A stretch of DNA of 64,000 nt, from contig JBNZDD010013726.1 in assembly GCA_050575255.1 (NCBI GenBank), positions 9,826,618 through 9,890,617 of the forward strand, read 5' to 3'. This DNA is from Harriotta raleighana. Its lineage: Eukaryota. The position numbers were made by a program, and so were the translations under genes. How positions within the stretch are numbered: the first letter of the stretch is position 1; each line of letters opens with the position of its first letter. The notes beneath the pieces are model-generated. The model did not search any database and was not told the origin of the DNA. It saw only the letters and a program-made list of their open reading frames with translations. Shown piece after piece: positions 51,346-64,000 of the stretch.

Positions 51346-51924
51346 GTGTTTTATTATAATTGGATATGATTATTTAGCTGAAGAAGAATATGCAGTGGAC
51401 AAGACACTAATAGGTATTCAGTGCAATACTTTTGCTGTTTTCAGCTATATCTATTCATCCAGTAACATACTTTGTGCCTCTACTTTCCTAGGATTAATCA
51501 CAGCATCACACAGTTCAGTTAAGTGAACTTCTCTGAAAATATCTTCTTGCTTTTCCATGTGACCGTAGTACAAATGTTTGGGAAGGATTTTCACTTCGGT
51601 CATTAACAGTGTGGCTTCCGCATGTCCCTACTGATGAAAGACTTGCAACGCTTGCAAATTGCCTTCAATTCATCACCCGAATATAAGCGCACCACATTGC
51701 CACACCAGATGCTGCTTTTGTTGTTATTTTGTTGCTTCCGTTCAAATCTTTCGAGTAAAGAGATAGTTCTTTGGAACGAGCATTGCAGGAGCAGTGTCTG
51801 TTGGCAGTTGGGCAGTATTGCAGACAGATTTTATTTCTATCTTGCTTTCTCTCCGTGCTTTTTCAGACGAGTCTTTCAAATTATATGTGTCTTGTAGAGT
51901 TGGGTCTGCTATATCATCATCGTT

Positions 51925-52380
51925 ATTATGACTCAGTTGACAGCACTCTTGCCTCTGGGCTAAGCTTTACATTGGGGACTTTGAGCTTTCATTCTACGAC
52001 ACGCGAATGCAGTCCTGGATGAGGGCTGTGTTGTCAAGACTTGCCATACTTCAGAAGACATTAAAAACGGAGGTCCCGACTATCTGTCCAAGCGGATGTG
52101 GAAGAACCCATGACGCTGTACAGAAATAGAAGGGAGTTTCTGCCGGTGTGCTGGGTAACTATTTTTCCGGATTATTCACAAGACTAATCTTGCATTTGGT
52201 ACAATGCCTTTCGAATGAGGAGGACCCTCCAAAGCATCTCACAGGACATATTGTAAAATGGCGCTGAACGGCTGCGTGCTTTGTGGGCATTCAAATTTGG
52301 GTGCAGCAATTTCCCCTATTAGTCAATCATCCACACAGTTATCTATCTGTCGCCCTTTGGTGTGTGCAAAATTCCAATAA
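51925..52380 (+). mobile_element. old DeuSINE (SacSINE1-like) split by an opposite-strand SINE tail (~52183-52310)
   Basis: Head gactcagttgacagcactcttgcctctg, core gaacccatgacgctg...gggagtttctgccggtgtgctggg, resumes at tgtgtgcaaaatt. Confidence 0.72.
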
Positions 52381-52439
52381 AGGAATTCAATCAACTTCAG
52401 GACACCAAATAATGTGTTGCGTGCAAAGATACTGAGGAA

Positions 52440-52510
52440 AACAACAACAACAACAACAACATTCATTTAGATCGCGCTCTCCACGACAGACATGGCATTC
52501 TCAGAGTGTG
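52440..52510 (-). mobile_element. L2 tail fragment with (CAA)n
   Basis: acaacaacaacaacaacaacattcatttagatcgcgctctccacg. Confidence 0.6.
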
Positions 52511-52959
52511 TTGAATAATTTAATAGCGTAACCCTATATCCTATAGTCAATGGATTGCAGACAGACATGGGTGTTTTTTTTTAAGCAAAAAAAAATTCTC
52601 ACAGGATTCTACACAGCGAGTGCTCCTCTGATACAATCATAGTCATTTCATTTTTCCCTCCGCAATGACGATTCTCCAAGTTGTCCACCCAAATGGCAGC
52701 AACAAATCCTTGGCCCAGGCGGATTCTGACATCGGTCAATCAGTTAACAGTGTTGCTGACCACGTGTGACCACAGTTACAAAGCCCCGGCCACCATTGTG
52801 GTCTACAGTATATATTTCATGCGATCACTTTTCCAGAATTCACACCGGGGAGGAGGGAGGGGGGGGGGGTGGGAGTAGGGGAGGAAATAGAGCATCTGAA
52901 GTGGCTGTAGTTAGTTGGCCTTTTTAATCCCACTGGGTTTGAATCTCATCTCTGCAAAA

Positions 52960-53048
52960 CTTACAGTCAATTTACCGTGTATTCCATGAAGCGCTTTGCG
53001 ACGCCTCAAAGGTGTGATGAGGAAGTATATCAAATTCAAGGATTATTG
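52960..53048 (+). mobile_element. SINE 3' tail
   Basis: acagtcaatttac...atgaagcgctttgcgacgcctc...tatatcaaattcaaggattatt. Confidence 0.75.
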
Positions 53049-54702
53049 TTCTTGATGTACTGAATATGTCTTTCACAGCATTTTAGAAAAATAGCATTGT
53101 AAGTTGCAGGACTTTAAACAAGTAAAATACTTTTGTGGATAGTATTTTCCCTCTGCTCATTAAACATATTAATGTACTATTATGTACTGTTACAATAAAA
53201 GATCTGAATTATTCAACTGCGAACAAAGGCACAAGAATCTTATTTGGTTGATGATATTTACATATCAGCTTCTGATTCATATTTGTATTCACATTTTTGC
53301 AATAAATTAACAGTTGAACAGTATGTAAACTACAGAAAATAGGAAGCGAAGGCATTCCAATGATGCAGCATTTTGATGTATTAGTGTACTCTGCCATGGA
53401 ATCCCTATGTGGTGATAACTTGTTCTGGGCTGGATTATGATAGGAAGCATTAAATACAAGCTCTACACAAGAGGGGGTTGAAGTCAGAAGAGGAATCAAC
53501 TCAAATACTTTAATGTATCTTCTAATGACTGGTTACATTGCTGTATTGCCAGAGACTGCTAAATAATATATAACCCTATTGGTGTGTGCTACAGAGGGAC
53601 CTAAAGGAGGAGGAAAAATTATGGGAAGTAACACTGGTACAGTAAAGTTGTTTATATCCATACAGTAAGTACATCACAAAACATTTAGGGCCTGATTTTG
53701 TCCCTGTGCTGCAGACGTAAATTCAGTGGAGTCATAGAAAACTGGGGCTATTTACAAATCTGCAATTCCCTCAGTGCTCAGTTTGTTATGCATATGTTAA
53801 ATAGATTTAAATGAGTATGTGTATGTTTGTCCCAGCCTAGCCTTGTGTACATTTTGGTGTTTGCACATAAAATAAATTAACTACAGTGATCACACAGTGT
53901 CCTCTCGCTGCTTTGCAAATATAAAAAAAAAGGGATTAAAGCCAGTTTAATATGCACCCAAAACATTGTCCCTTTTCGAACGTTCTGCACAGGAAAAAGT
54001 CGCAAACCCACGCACAGGATATTAACTCCCAATTCTAATTGACAATTACCGCTCTATAATTATACACACACTTTCTCACACCCCTTTTATTTATTTTAAG
54101 TGAAGGCCAGATTATTAAAATGTAGGAATACTCGGTTACTTCACCACTCGGAAGCACTCCCAACACATTATCCTGTGTGAAGGGTGTGATCAATATATTA
54201 CAGGTTGTTGTAATATACTTGCAGTTGATATAAATAATATTAAAATAGCTAAGGAAACTGAGCTCAGCAGCATAAATAGTGTGTGTTTTTACCCATTCAA
54301 TTTTGATCTGATTGCATTTTAAACAACACGACATTAATCTTTGGCCTTTGAGCGTTCAACTCACTGAGAAAGAGATCATTGGAACTGGATTCTGTCTCGC
54401 ATTCAAGATGAATGATAGAACCAAAAATGACAAAAAAAAACTTCTGTGCAATATTCCTTCTTACATGCAATGCACTCGCTCTAAATATTTAACGTAAAAG
54501 CCAGTGAAAATACTGTGGAAGTTGGTTCCACATCGGGGTCGCCTATTTCGTCCGCTTTAAGAGGTGTCTAAAATGAACCAAAATGCTATTCCTGTCAAGC
54601 AAAGGAGCGTTGTTGTGCTATATAATAATTTGAAATACTGTAATGTTGCTTTCACTCGAAGCAATGTTGTAATACTTGTAATGTTGCTTTCACCAATCAT
54701 TT

Positions 54703-54775
54703 CAACAACAACAAAATTACATTTGTTCGGCGCCTTTCAAGTCAGGAGGACGTCCCAAGGCCCTGGACAGTCAGT
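54703..54775 (-). mobile_element. L2 tail fragment
   Basis: caacaacaacaaaattacatttgttcggcgcctttcaagtcaggaggacgtcccaaggccctggacagtcag. Confidence 0.85.
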
Positions 54776-55889
54776 GTTTCAACCTAAGAATTCAAGTTAA
54801 AATACTCTCAAAGAATTCAGTAAAATATATTAAGCTTTGTTTAGCTGAAAAATTCCTTCCTCTCTCCCTTTGTCATTCCCATTGGATGGGAAGGTGAACA
54901 ATTAGCAGGAGCTCTGAGGTGATTGACAGTTTGGAAACCACTTGTGAACAGACGTATGTAAAGCAGGTAAGAATATAATTGCATCAGAGCCAGACATTTT
55001 GTTTGATTTCCTGACAACTGGCGAAAGCGGATTTGAAAATAATGTATTTTCATTGCATTATTGTCTTTTCACAATATTTCTCCTTCGGGTTTCTCTGCCG
55101 TTTCTTATTCTGCTGTAAAACACATTTTCAGGCATTTTGTTTTAGTTGTTATGATGTTCCCTTCCCAATTGCGACTTTTGGCGGCCAGCAACGCTTCATT
55201 CCCATTTTAAATCTGCTGCCTGTAATATCGTCTTTTTCACACAAGACGGGTCATGGAAAGGTGGCATCATGTTGCTCAAAGTTATTAGACTCCCTGTGAG
55301 TGTAGAATGCTGTAATAATATTTTTAAAAAACACGGTAGAAAAAAAACAGGCTGGAGAAAAATGAGTGACTGTAGAAGGAAACACTTCACCACCATTTGC
55401 CTCCATTTTTTCGGTAACTGCAAAAGTGCTCCCTTTGTTGTAACACTTTCCAACTACAGTCACACCTAAACTCCAAGTGTCCTCGGGAGTAGACATTAGC
55501 GCAAATTGGTTTCCATGTACTTTACATTCAGAGTTAAAGGCTTATGAAGTTTCTGAGGTGCAGGCTCCTACTTTTAGGCCGCTAGACGTGGGACTCGTGG
55601 AACTTTGCAAAGCAGACGTTAGAAAGGGTGATAATAGAGAGAGCAAAGGCTGAGCTGCCACAATGCTTGTTAGAAGCAGGTTTCAAACCCAGAGATCAAA
55701 AAAAAACAATGTTTTAAAACACTCCTGTTCAGTTCACGGGTTAGGAAGATGTTTCTCAGGTAGCTCGGATAGATGTGATTAAAATCCCTCTCTGATGGCT
55801 GTTAGGAACCCTAATATACAGTATACAATATATAATATACAGTATACAATATAATATACTATATACGCCCACAAATATACAGTCAGTTT

Positions 55890-56015
55890 TATTTTCCTGC
55901 TTTTCTTCCCCCGACCCCTCCCCCCACTTGACTGTACAGCGCCTTGGGACGTCCTCCTGACGTGAAAGGCGCTATATATAAATATAATATAGAAATAAAT
56001 AAATAAATAAAATAA
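55890..56015 (+). mobile_element. L2 3' end with intact stem-loop
   Basis: gactgtacagcgccttgggacgtcctcctgacgtgaaaggcgctatata followed by an (AAAT)n-rich tail. Confidence 0.85.
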
Positions 56016-57373
56016 ATGAACATGGGAATCACAGCGCAGTTTCCATCGGGCACAAAATACCCATAAGTCAACACCAATTTACAATAATTCTGCAGTTAGC
56101 CTTAGAGAGGCCATAGGATAGATGGTGTGGGAAATGAAGACATCTCTTGTGCTTGTGTCTGTACGTGTATGCGTCCGCGAAAGAAAGAACTTACAGAGTT
56201 ACATCTGATCTGTGTTAGAATTGGGACTGTTGTCATTGGTTGTAAGCAAGAAATATTCTCAACCCAATTATTTACCCTCACCTTGATGAACCTACATGTG
56301 AAAGAAATAAGCAATGCCAAGCCATTATAATTACCCCTCCGCCACCCAGCATTACTCTGTGTGCTGCAATGATTTAACTTTTATCTCTGTGAAGCATCCC
56401 ACTCTATGCTGCGTTACTTTCTTCACAGTTGTTCAAATGTTATTAAAAATAGAAGCAGTATTAGACCGGAATTGGAAACTCTAAAACAAGAGCTGCATTA
56501 CAAAAACTACATCAGTCAGGATCAGTAAAGGGAAGCTGACATTTCTGCTGATCAGTAGCATGCCTAAATAAGACAATAAGCTATTTAAAGGTGAAGACAT
56601 TACATGTGCACTTTTACAATAATTTATTACTGTACACATCACCTCTGATGCACTGTTTTGCAATTGTGTTTCACATATTTCTCTGTAGATCATTTGTCAC
56701 TTGATTAACCTACATGAAGAGCTAACATATAAAATATGTTTCTCATTTCATCTGCATCTCTGTTCAGTCATAAGATACTTAAATTGCAAATTCACATGAA
56801 CTGTGACCTGGTGTCTTATGACTCTTGATGCTACATTTCCCTGTAGATCATCTGTCGCCAAACACATGTGTCAGACTTAGAGTGTGAAACTCTTACCAAG
56901 TAGGAGGTACAGTACAGCTATCTCAGACAAAGTAATTATCTAAGCCAGTGCATTTTCTATCCCCATTTTTCAAAACACAGCCACTGAATAAATGTACATA
57001 ATCTTCTGTCGTCTTGCAGATAAAGCTTATCCGCACTTTATTTTGCCAGTGTTGGATTGCTCACAAAATGTTGAGGTTAGCAAAGATGGGGGGAAAAAAA
57101 CATACGCTAGCATGAGCATTTATCTTAACACTGGTCAGAGACTTCTGCCAAGCCGTAGCCTGCACTGTGTCATGTGTAGATTACTGTGTGCTCACCATTG
57201 TTTCAAAGGCCTTTGAAGAACTCTTGAGCATAACCTCTTGAGCAAATGAGATCATAATGAGGGTAGAAGTAAACGAGTTGGGAGACTTAGAAACAGTGAC
57301 GCTGTGAGTTCAGGTCGGGGCGGTTGGTTTTAAAATTCTCACACGTCGTATGTTAATCAGGGAGGCGAGTTAA

Positions 57374-57432
57374 TCAACAACAAAACTACATTTGTACAGA
57401 GCTTTTCACGTTGGGAGGAGACTTCCCAAGAA
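57374..57432 (-). mobile_element. L2 tail fragment
   Basis: caacaacaaaactacatttgtacagagcttttcacgttgggaggagacttcccaag. Confidence 0.75.
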
Positions 57433-58140
57433 CCTCAAAAAAGTACACATTTACTCTAAGATTTACACTATAACTAAAGATAAATCGTAAAAATAATTTT
57501 TTTCATTCTCTGAAGGAAGATTTTACTCGAGGAAGATTTCACTTGAAGTGAACAATTTAACTGAAACAATGTAATTTGTGATAATTCCCCCCCCAATTTA
57601 GTTCATGCTTTTAAAAATCAATCAACTGCGGATTGCGTTTATTACTACACACCAGTTTGAGGTTGTAAAATGCTCCTGCGAACAGCACCCGTTAGACTTC
57701 TAGAAATAAAATCTCCGCAAATATTCCAGAAATGTTTCAATCCAAGTAATTTATTTAGAGGCCTAAAGCTACTTGTGTTCCAATAAATTAGTGTGTGGAT
57801 TGATTGAATAGATACTTGTTGCTCTAAGAGCCACATCTCGCGAAAGTCTTGAAGCCTACTTGTGTGTATAGCATAAACAACTCTGCATAAATGTCATCTT
57901 GATTGTAGCTTAGAAATGTTACTTTTCGGAGTACTGCATATTGTTCACACAATAATTTAAGACAAAAAGAGCAGTGGGGACAAGTTTACATCTCTAAGCG
58001 ATTTGTTGCAAAAATTGTAGTGACTGTGTTTTGTAGGTTGAACAGCCAATACACAGCAATAAAGTGAATATTCAGTATATTTATCAACAGCTTCTCTGCT
58101 TTATGTTTTGTTATAATACTGATATAATTTTTAGTTAAAC

Positions 58141-58400
58141 AATAATATATTTTATCCTTGCATTTGATATAGTGCCTTATCACGTCGTTGAGACTGCTCA
58201 ACGGCTTCACAGAATATACTGTAAAGTGAATTGACTGTATTTTGTGGGCAACCAATCGCACATATCAATGTCCCACGAACAGTTATGGATTGAGTGACCA
58301 AATTACTCTAATTATTTTTAGGGATTATTATCCCTGAAAAGCAATCCACCAAACAACTATACTCCAATTTATTCCAAGGTAAACAGAGGCCTGTGGAATA
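58141..58400 (-). mobile_element. SINE tail and body
   Basis: atccttgcatttgatatagtgccttatcacg...aaagtgaattgactg...ggattgagtgaccaaatta...ggtaaacagaggcctgtgga. Confidence 0.88.
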
Positions 58401-60204
58401 AATAACCAATCAGTGACAGTAAAAGTTGAGGAGTTGCAGAAAAAAAATCAAATTTTAGTAAAAATATTTATATGTGAGAGTAAATTATTTGTCCAGGTAG
58501 CAACAAAATTCAGTGTTTTTTATTTTACAAGATGATGATACATTATGCTAACAACATGAACATTTATACAATTTGTGCATTCACATTCATTTGAATTAAT
58601 GCCAAACTATAAATAGTTTTTTTTTAGCAAAAAAAGCTTGCGCTAGCGTTTATTTTAGTTGTACTAATGGGCATATCGGATTTTTTTTTCTTTCTCCAGG
58701 AGGCTGAAAAGCACTTTTTAATTCACGTTTGATGAATTTCATGGCTTTCTGAGTAATTTTGCTGTCTATGGGGCTGTTGATCCTGTGAGTGTATTCCTGA
58801 ATCTTGGGGATTTGTATGCTGCATCTGCATATCCAAGTTCAAATATATGCTCAGGATGATTGGCTGAAATAAGTTGTTGATTTTCCGCATGACCAGATTT
58901 AACAAAATTTCTCGGATTTCTTGGCAAGCCTACATGGATGATTAAATTCATTTATAGGGTTAGTAAAAGAATTAAAATCTACAGTTCATGCTATTGTCAA
59001 TGAATGAAAGTGATATTTATTTTCACAAGACCAATAGGCAGCGATAGCTCCAACAAGTTAATTACGGATAATGTACTCTGTGCGTGACATATGTAAAATT
59101 GGGATGAGTGCAAATTCAGGCCAGAAATTGGAACTAACAAAATACAAGGCGGGTTCAATCAAGTCAAGCTAAACGTCTCTACTTAGCAGGAACAGTTAGG
59201 AGGTGCATGCTATTTATTAGTGCTGATTTCAGGACATGCAATGCATTGCTTCCTGTGGTTATCTTGTGACTTCTCATACCCGGACCCTAATTCTCACATG
59301 ACACAATACCAAAGAAGTTATACCAGTGCAATATTTTAATCCAGATTTTAGCACACACTGAATTCACACCATGTGTTGCTATCTACCAGATTTATCTTCT
59401 TACCCCCAGTAATCCTATAACCACCTAGCATTAGTTAAGTCATATAATAAGAACCATATTGTTATTACAAGCACCGGGCAAGATATTTTCCTGCAGTCGT
59501 TCTGGTATTAATTACGTCCTACAGCTGCTCTTAATAATGCCAGAGCAGAGTTCCTTCAACTGGCAGAAATTTCTGACGTACTGATGCATGTGGCAGATGT
59601 TGCCCAGAAAAAAACAGACAAAAAAGGTCAGCTTCTTTGCAACAGGTTTAAATGGGCCCGCTTGGAGTGTCCGGGGTCTCAGTGGAAAAACAAGTCAGAT
59701 GCGGACTTAAAATAAAGCCTTAACTTTCAACCTGTAAGTGACAGACATATTCTCAGATTTCCTTTCAAGCGATGGAAGGTGCTTAGCTTGTCCTTTGCTT
59801 CTCTGCCCGCTATCCCACCTGAGCTCAGCAGCTCACAATCAAGTGGACTGTAAGCATAATCTCCATGCCACTACTTTTGACAAGTTGATAGCTTTTGTTT
59901 TTCGATCTCCGGTTGTAATATTCACCAGCAATAACCTATTTTTCACAATGTTTGTGATATTGGTCGAGTTGTCAGTTCCCTGACCAGGCCTAACTAGCTA
60001 ACTGGCTAGCTAACTTGCCAACTAACTAACAAACCAACTTTGGCTTTTTAGTTCAAATTTGTGATATTTCTACTCTGGATTAAATTAGGCTTCAGCTGTG
60101 TCTCCTGGATCGTGAATTTCACTCACAATTTCACAAACCAAAAATTGTAATCAGGAAGTAGCAACAGCAACAAAATTACTCTTGTTTCGAGCCTTTCACG
60201 TTGA

Positions 60205-60290
60205 GTCACTTTTCCGTTCTCCATAGATGCTGCCTGACCTGCTGATTTCTGTTTTTGTTTCAGATTTCCAGCATCTGCAGTATTTTGCAG
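60205..60290 (+). mobile_element. Penelope-like element terminal fragment
   Basis: ctccatagatgctgcctgacctgctgatttctgtttttgtttcagatttccagcatctgcagtattttgc, recalled as an abundant shark/ray repeat end. Confidence 0.6.
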
Positions 60291-60700
60291 TTTGGGCAGA
60301 GAGACAGAGTGGGGCATCATCTGCATACCTATGGAAGTTGACCCCATGTCAGTGGATGATGTCGTCAAGAGGGAGCATGTAGATATTGAAAAATAGGGGG
60401 GGCGGCCAAGGACAGAGCCCTGGGGGGAACATCCCACAGCAACAACAACAACAAGATTGCATTTATCGAGCGCGTTTCACGTCGGGAGGGCGTCCCAAGG
60501 CGCTGGACAGTTGGTTTAGGACCCGAGCAGGGGGAAATGAAATGATCAGGGCGAGTTGAGGGGAGGGAGGGAGCGAGGAGTGGGTAGAGAGTCGAGAGGG
60601 GGCTGGAGAAGAAACCATCGTTGGCGACAAAGAGCAGACGGTGAGAAAGGTAAGAATCGAACCAGGCGAGAGCAAGTCTGTGAAGATTGAACTCAATTAA
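60291..60700 (-). mobile_element. L2 reverse-transcriptase fragment interrupted by a younger L2 3' end (~60438-60590)
   Basis: LALAWFDSYLSHRLLFVANDGFFSSP ... PQGSVLG ... IYMLPLDDIIH*HGVNFHRYADD (YADD motif, stop and frameshift); inserted caacaacaacaagattgcatttatcgagcgcgtttcacgtcgggagggcgtcccaaggcgctggacag. Confidence 0.9.
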
Positions 60701-62835
60701 GCCCAATTAATCTAATTTTCAATGGTAAACAAGGTCCGGTTGCAAGCCCATAAAAATACTCAACCAGTAGAGAGATTCCTGGAATGTGTACGTACAGAGA
60801 GCATTACATTTCCATGGTAACTCTCCTTCAGTATTTTTTATATGGAACCAGCTGAATGGATACTGTCTCAAGTGTAACCTGTTGGGGTTATTTGTTTTAT
60901 GTCCCTCCCCAACCCCCCCCATCCAAACACACATGATGCAAAAACTAAATTAAGAAAATATTTTTCAAATATTCTTCTAATAGTCTTCGGAAGTACTCAT
61001 CCACGAGTGCCATCATAAAATTATTACCGTGTCAAGGAATGCTAGTTTTGGACTGTTAGGCATAAAGACCCTTTAGATAAGGCTGCAGTGGTAACTGTAC
61101 AGTTATTATTGAGCTGATTACACACATTTTCAGCTTCACTGGGCTTCAACTGATCTCTGGCAATGCGAAATATCAAGGATACACTAGCGTACACAATGGC
61201 ATATCCATGTCACCTTCTATTACGCCAATTGGCAGAGTCATTTGGCTCTCTGCTCCATACAATTATAATCATGATCCTTACATTTGGTATTTGCTCCTTA
61301 TTGACGGTCAATGATGGTGTGGAAATAAATATTCTCCATTTTATTTTATTTTTTTTTACTTACGAGGCGGAAGGTTACGAAGGCACCCCACACTATCAGC
61401 TCCATAGCACAGGTACATAAACGGACGGAGGTCGGAGAGGACAAAATATTCTTTCTCTTATCTTTCACTGTTTAATTTGGCTAAACAAAAACAGCTTCCG
61501 TGTTACCGTGTTACTGGGCTCGATCCTTTTCTTCCTCCTGCAAGATGGCTTCCTATTCCCATTTCGTATATATAGATATATATATATATATATATATAGA
61601 TTGGAAAAATGCATGACTTGCACATTCAACCTCCCGAGCGCAGGTTTCACAGTTTCTGGAATATTCTGCAACATGTGTTGCTCTTTTATCCTGTGGGTCC
61701 TCTGGGCTCTGCAATGATTGATGTATTCATGCAGAAGGCGGCGAGATTTTGCCACTTGAAAAATTGAATTTATTTGTTGTACAGCAATGTTGCACGTGTC
61801 CCAGCATCCTTTCAGAACAATTTTTTTAGAAACGTAGCAGGCGGCAGGCACAACGCCCTGTTGGGAGTTTTGCGCAAACAAAACCCACAATCAAAAGTCG
61901 TCGAAGATTGCTTTAATATCGCAATATTATAATTCACCCCAGAAAGATTTTCCTGACTCACTTAATGCATTCACCAGGCAAAAGACATGATGATTAATGT
62001 ACGGATTGTAAATTATGGCACCGTTGTTTGAAAGCGAAGCAAATGGTAGACTTGCTAAAGATAATTGAATCCCAACTTTACCCCCAACGCCATCATTGAT
62101 TGACTCAGTGGATGATATTGGTTTGCTGGCTGAACCAACATCCGAAAACGTGACTTTGTCATTGAAACTATCAAAAGAAGCGTAAAAGAAGCTAAGGAGA
62201 GTGCTACTTTCTACGCTCTATCAACGTACAAATTATTGACAATTATATTTTCGGCTATAGATGTAAAATAACTACTGTATGTAGAAATGTAAGATTTCAG
62301 TGTTGATTCATTTTATTAGAAGAGTTAGGCTCTCTCTACTCAATATGTGTATTAATAGGTAGAATTTAATTACAATCATTTGTAAGATCTTAACGTTTAG
62401 GCAAAACAAATTGCCAAGAGTGTGGCATATAAATCAAAAGGTTAGATGTCTGGTAGAGAGAATATGAAGTGTCCTTGTGAAGATCATTCCATCCAATTCC
62501 TCTCAATCTAATCTAACAGGAGGCCTGGATGGTGTGCTGTGTTCGGTGAGATCCAAGGAAATGATGTGAAGAAAGTTGAGGAATTCCATTGTTATTTAGT
62601 AACTGTCCAGTTTGGGGAAGTCAGGTAAGGAACAGAATAGCAAGCATTGAGTTCACACGTCCATTTGTTCTGTGAACACAAATCAGAAGAATGGCTAGTG
62701 ATCTTAAGAAGCTTTTGCTTCTTAATATTGGCAAAATTTTCACCTCACTTTGTGGTGTAATTTTATTTACTACAAAGCTCTACCATTTGCTTTCCATTAA
62801 CAGTCAAGTATTGGCGTTGAAGAACTGTGAATTCA

Positions 62836-62905
62836 AACAACGACGACAACAACAAAATTACATTGATCGAGAGCCTTTCACGTTGGGAGGACATCCCAAG
62901 GCAGG
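62836..62905 (-). mobile_element. L2 tail fragment
   Basis: acaacaacaaaattacattgatcgagagcctttcacgttgggaggacatcccaaggc. Confidence 0.8.
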
Positions 62906-64000
62906 CACTGAAGACTCAAACACTCAACCATGAATTCCCGATTAATGAAAATACTGATCTGTAATGTAAGCTATTGTCAGAAGTTAAACATGAAGCTCCG
63001 TTAAAAAAAGGAGAGTTCAGGCAAAGCTCATTCCCCCCCCCAAAAAAAAATGGCTGCTTTTATTTAATATTCTCTTTCCTCATTCCATTCATGTCAATCG
63101 GATGAAAAATAGCTGCTTTCAACAATCTAATAATCCGTCTGAAACAAATGAGTTTGAAAATAACAATTGAGTTGATTTCATGAGAAAACTTTGCATTTTT
63201 TTTAACAGATCTGTATCCCTAATATTACATGCGCCTAAAAATCTTTCTAACTTCATGTTCTATGTTCTCTAATGCTACATAAAGCTAATAAGCATAAGTT
63301 TTTACCTAATCAATGAAAATGATCACATAGATGCATAGCTTTACCTCATGTGCTAATTAACCTTGACATTATTTATCAGTGATGTACACCTTCCTATGCT
63401 TGTGATGTAATATTAAATATTTTGTACAGTAAATTTATGGCATAAGGTACCTAAACAAAACTAAGGCATAGATTGATGAATGGTGATGGATTCTAAGTCA
63501 GTGAAAACTGCTGTTATCATAAATAGGTAAATGAAAGTATGTTTTCTTGAAAACGTGACTTGAATGAGAATCTTAAATTGTACAGAAGTCTCCATACAGA
63601 TGAATGCTTTTAGTATTAGCAAAGAATTTTTTTCTTTGCCTTTCACATATTAGGAGTTTATTAATCTTTACCCAGAACTTCTGAGACATCATAAAACCCT
63701 GTTGCATTTCAGGGCTGTAAATTTTGATATTAAGATCTTAATTTGCTCGTAACAGTCATTGGTCAAATGTCCAATGAATAAAGAAATATTAACCAAAGCT
63801 GAGTAATATTCTAATAGTGTGAGTGTCTGATTACATCAATCTATTTATAATGGTTGATTAGAGGTGAGTTCAGGGCCGTGTCTTTCAGTGAGGTATAAAA
63901 ACATTTGAAATTGGAATTGCTTGAATGACATATATACAGTCCTTTGTAGCCTACAAAAAAAGTCTTAGTCCTAAATACATTAATGAGTCATTACTGTTGG

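Noticed and set aside
54632-54694. Short direct duplication (similar ones near 6100, 55815, 57220 and 59990)
   Set aside because: Ordinary slippage-type micro-duplications
62110-62143. GGATG-ata-TTGGTT...AACCAA-CATCC hairpin
   Set aside because: Only 11 bp with a bulge and no recognisable RNA motif; plausible by chance
1-64000. The supplied 60-181 aa ORFs as genes
   Set aside because: Short, often starting at TTG/GTG, low-complexity or overlapping repeats. Only L2/CR1-derived pieces show recognisable protein motifs.

Overview
AT-rich, CpG-depleted vertebrate non-coding DNA. The repeat content (tRNA/Deu-type SINEs, L2 and CR1 LINE fragments, LF-SINE copies, Penelope-like remnants) points to a cartilaginous fish, plausibly a chimaera; this is an inference from repeat families recalled from memory. 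No long intact CDS, RNA gene, CRISPR array or prokaryotic system is present, and nearly all supplied ORFs are chance ORFs or LINE remnants. The left part (1-~25 kb) has several minus-strand exon-like segments with canonical splice signals and CpG-enriched patches. These may be alternative 5' exons/promoters of an unidentified gene whose body lies left of the window. The rest is intron/intergenic DNA with layered transposon insertions: a Tc1/mariner-type MITE nested in a SINE, an L2 3' end nested in an L2 RT fragment, two LF-SINEs and a degenerate Penelope-type hammerhead core. It also has a few unexplained strong hairpins and assembly artefacts (duplications around single Ns, a gap in a poly-C tract). 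I found no convincing novel multi-gene system. The best leads are the 5' exon cluster, the 43.7 kb hairpin, the hammerhead-like core and the LF-SINEs.
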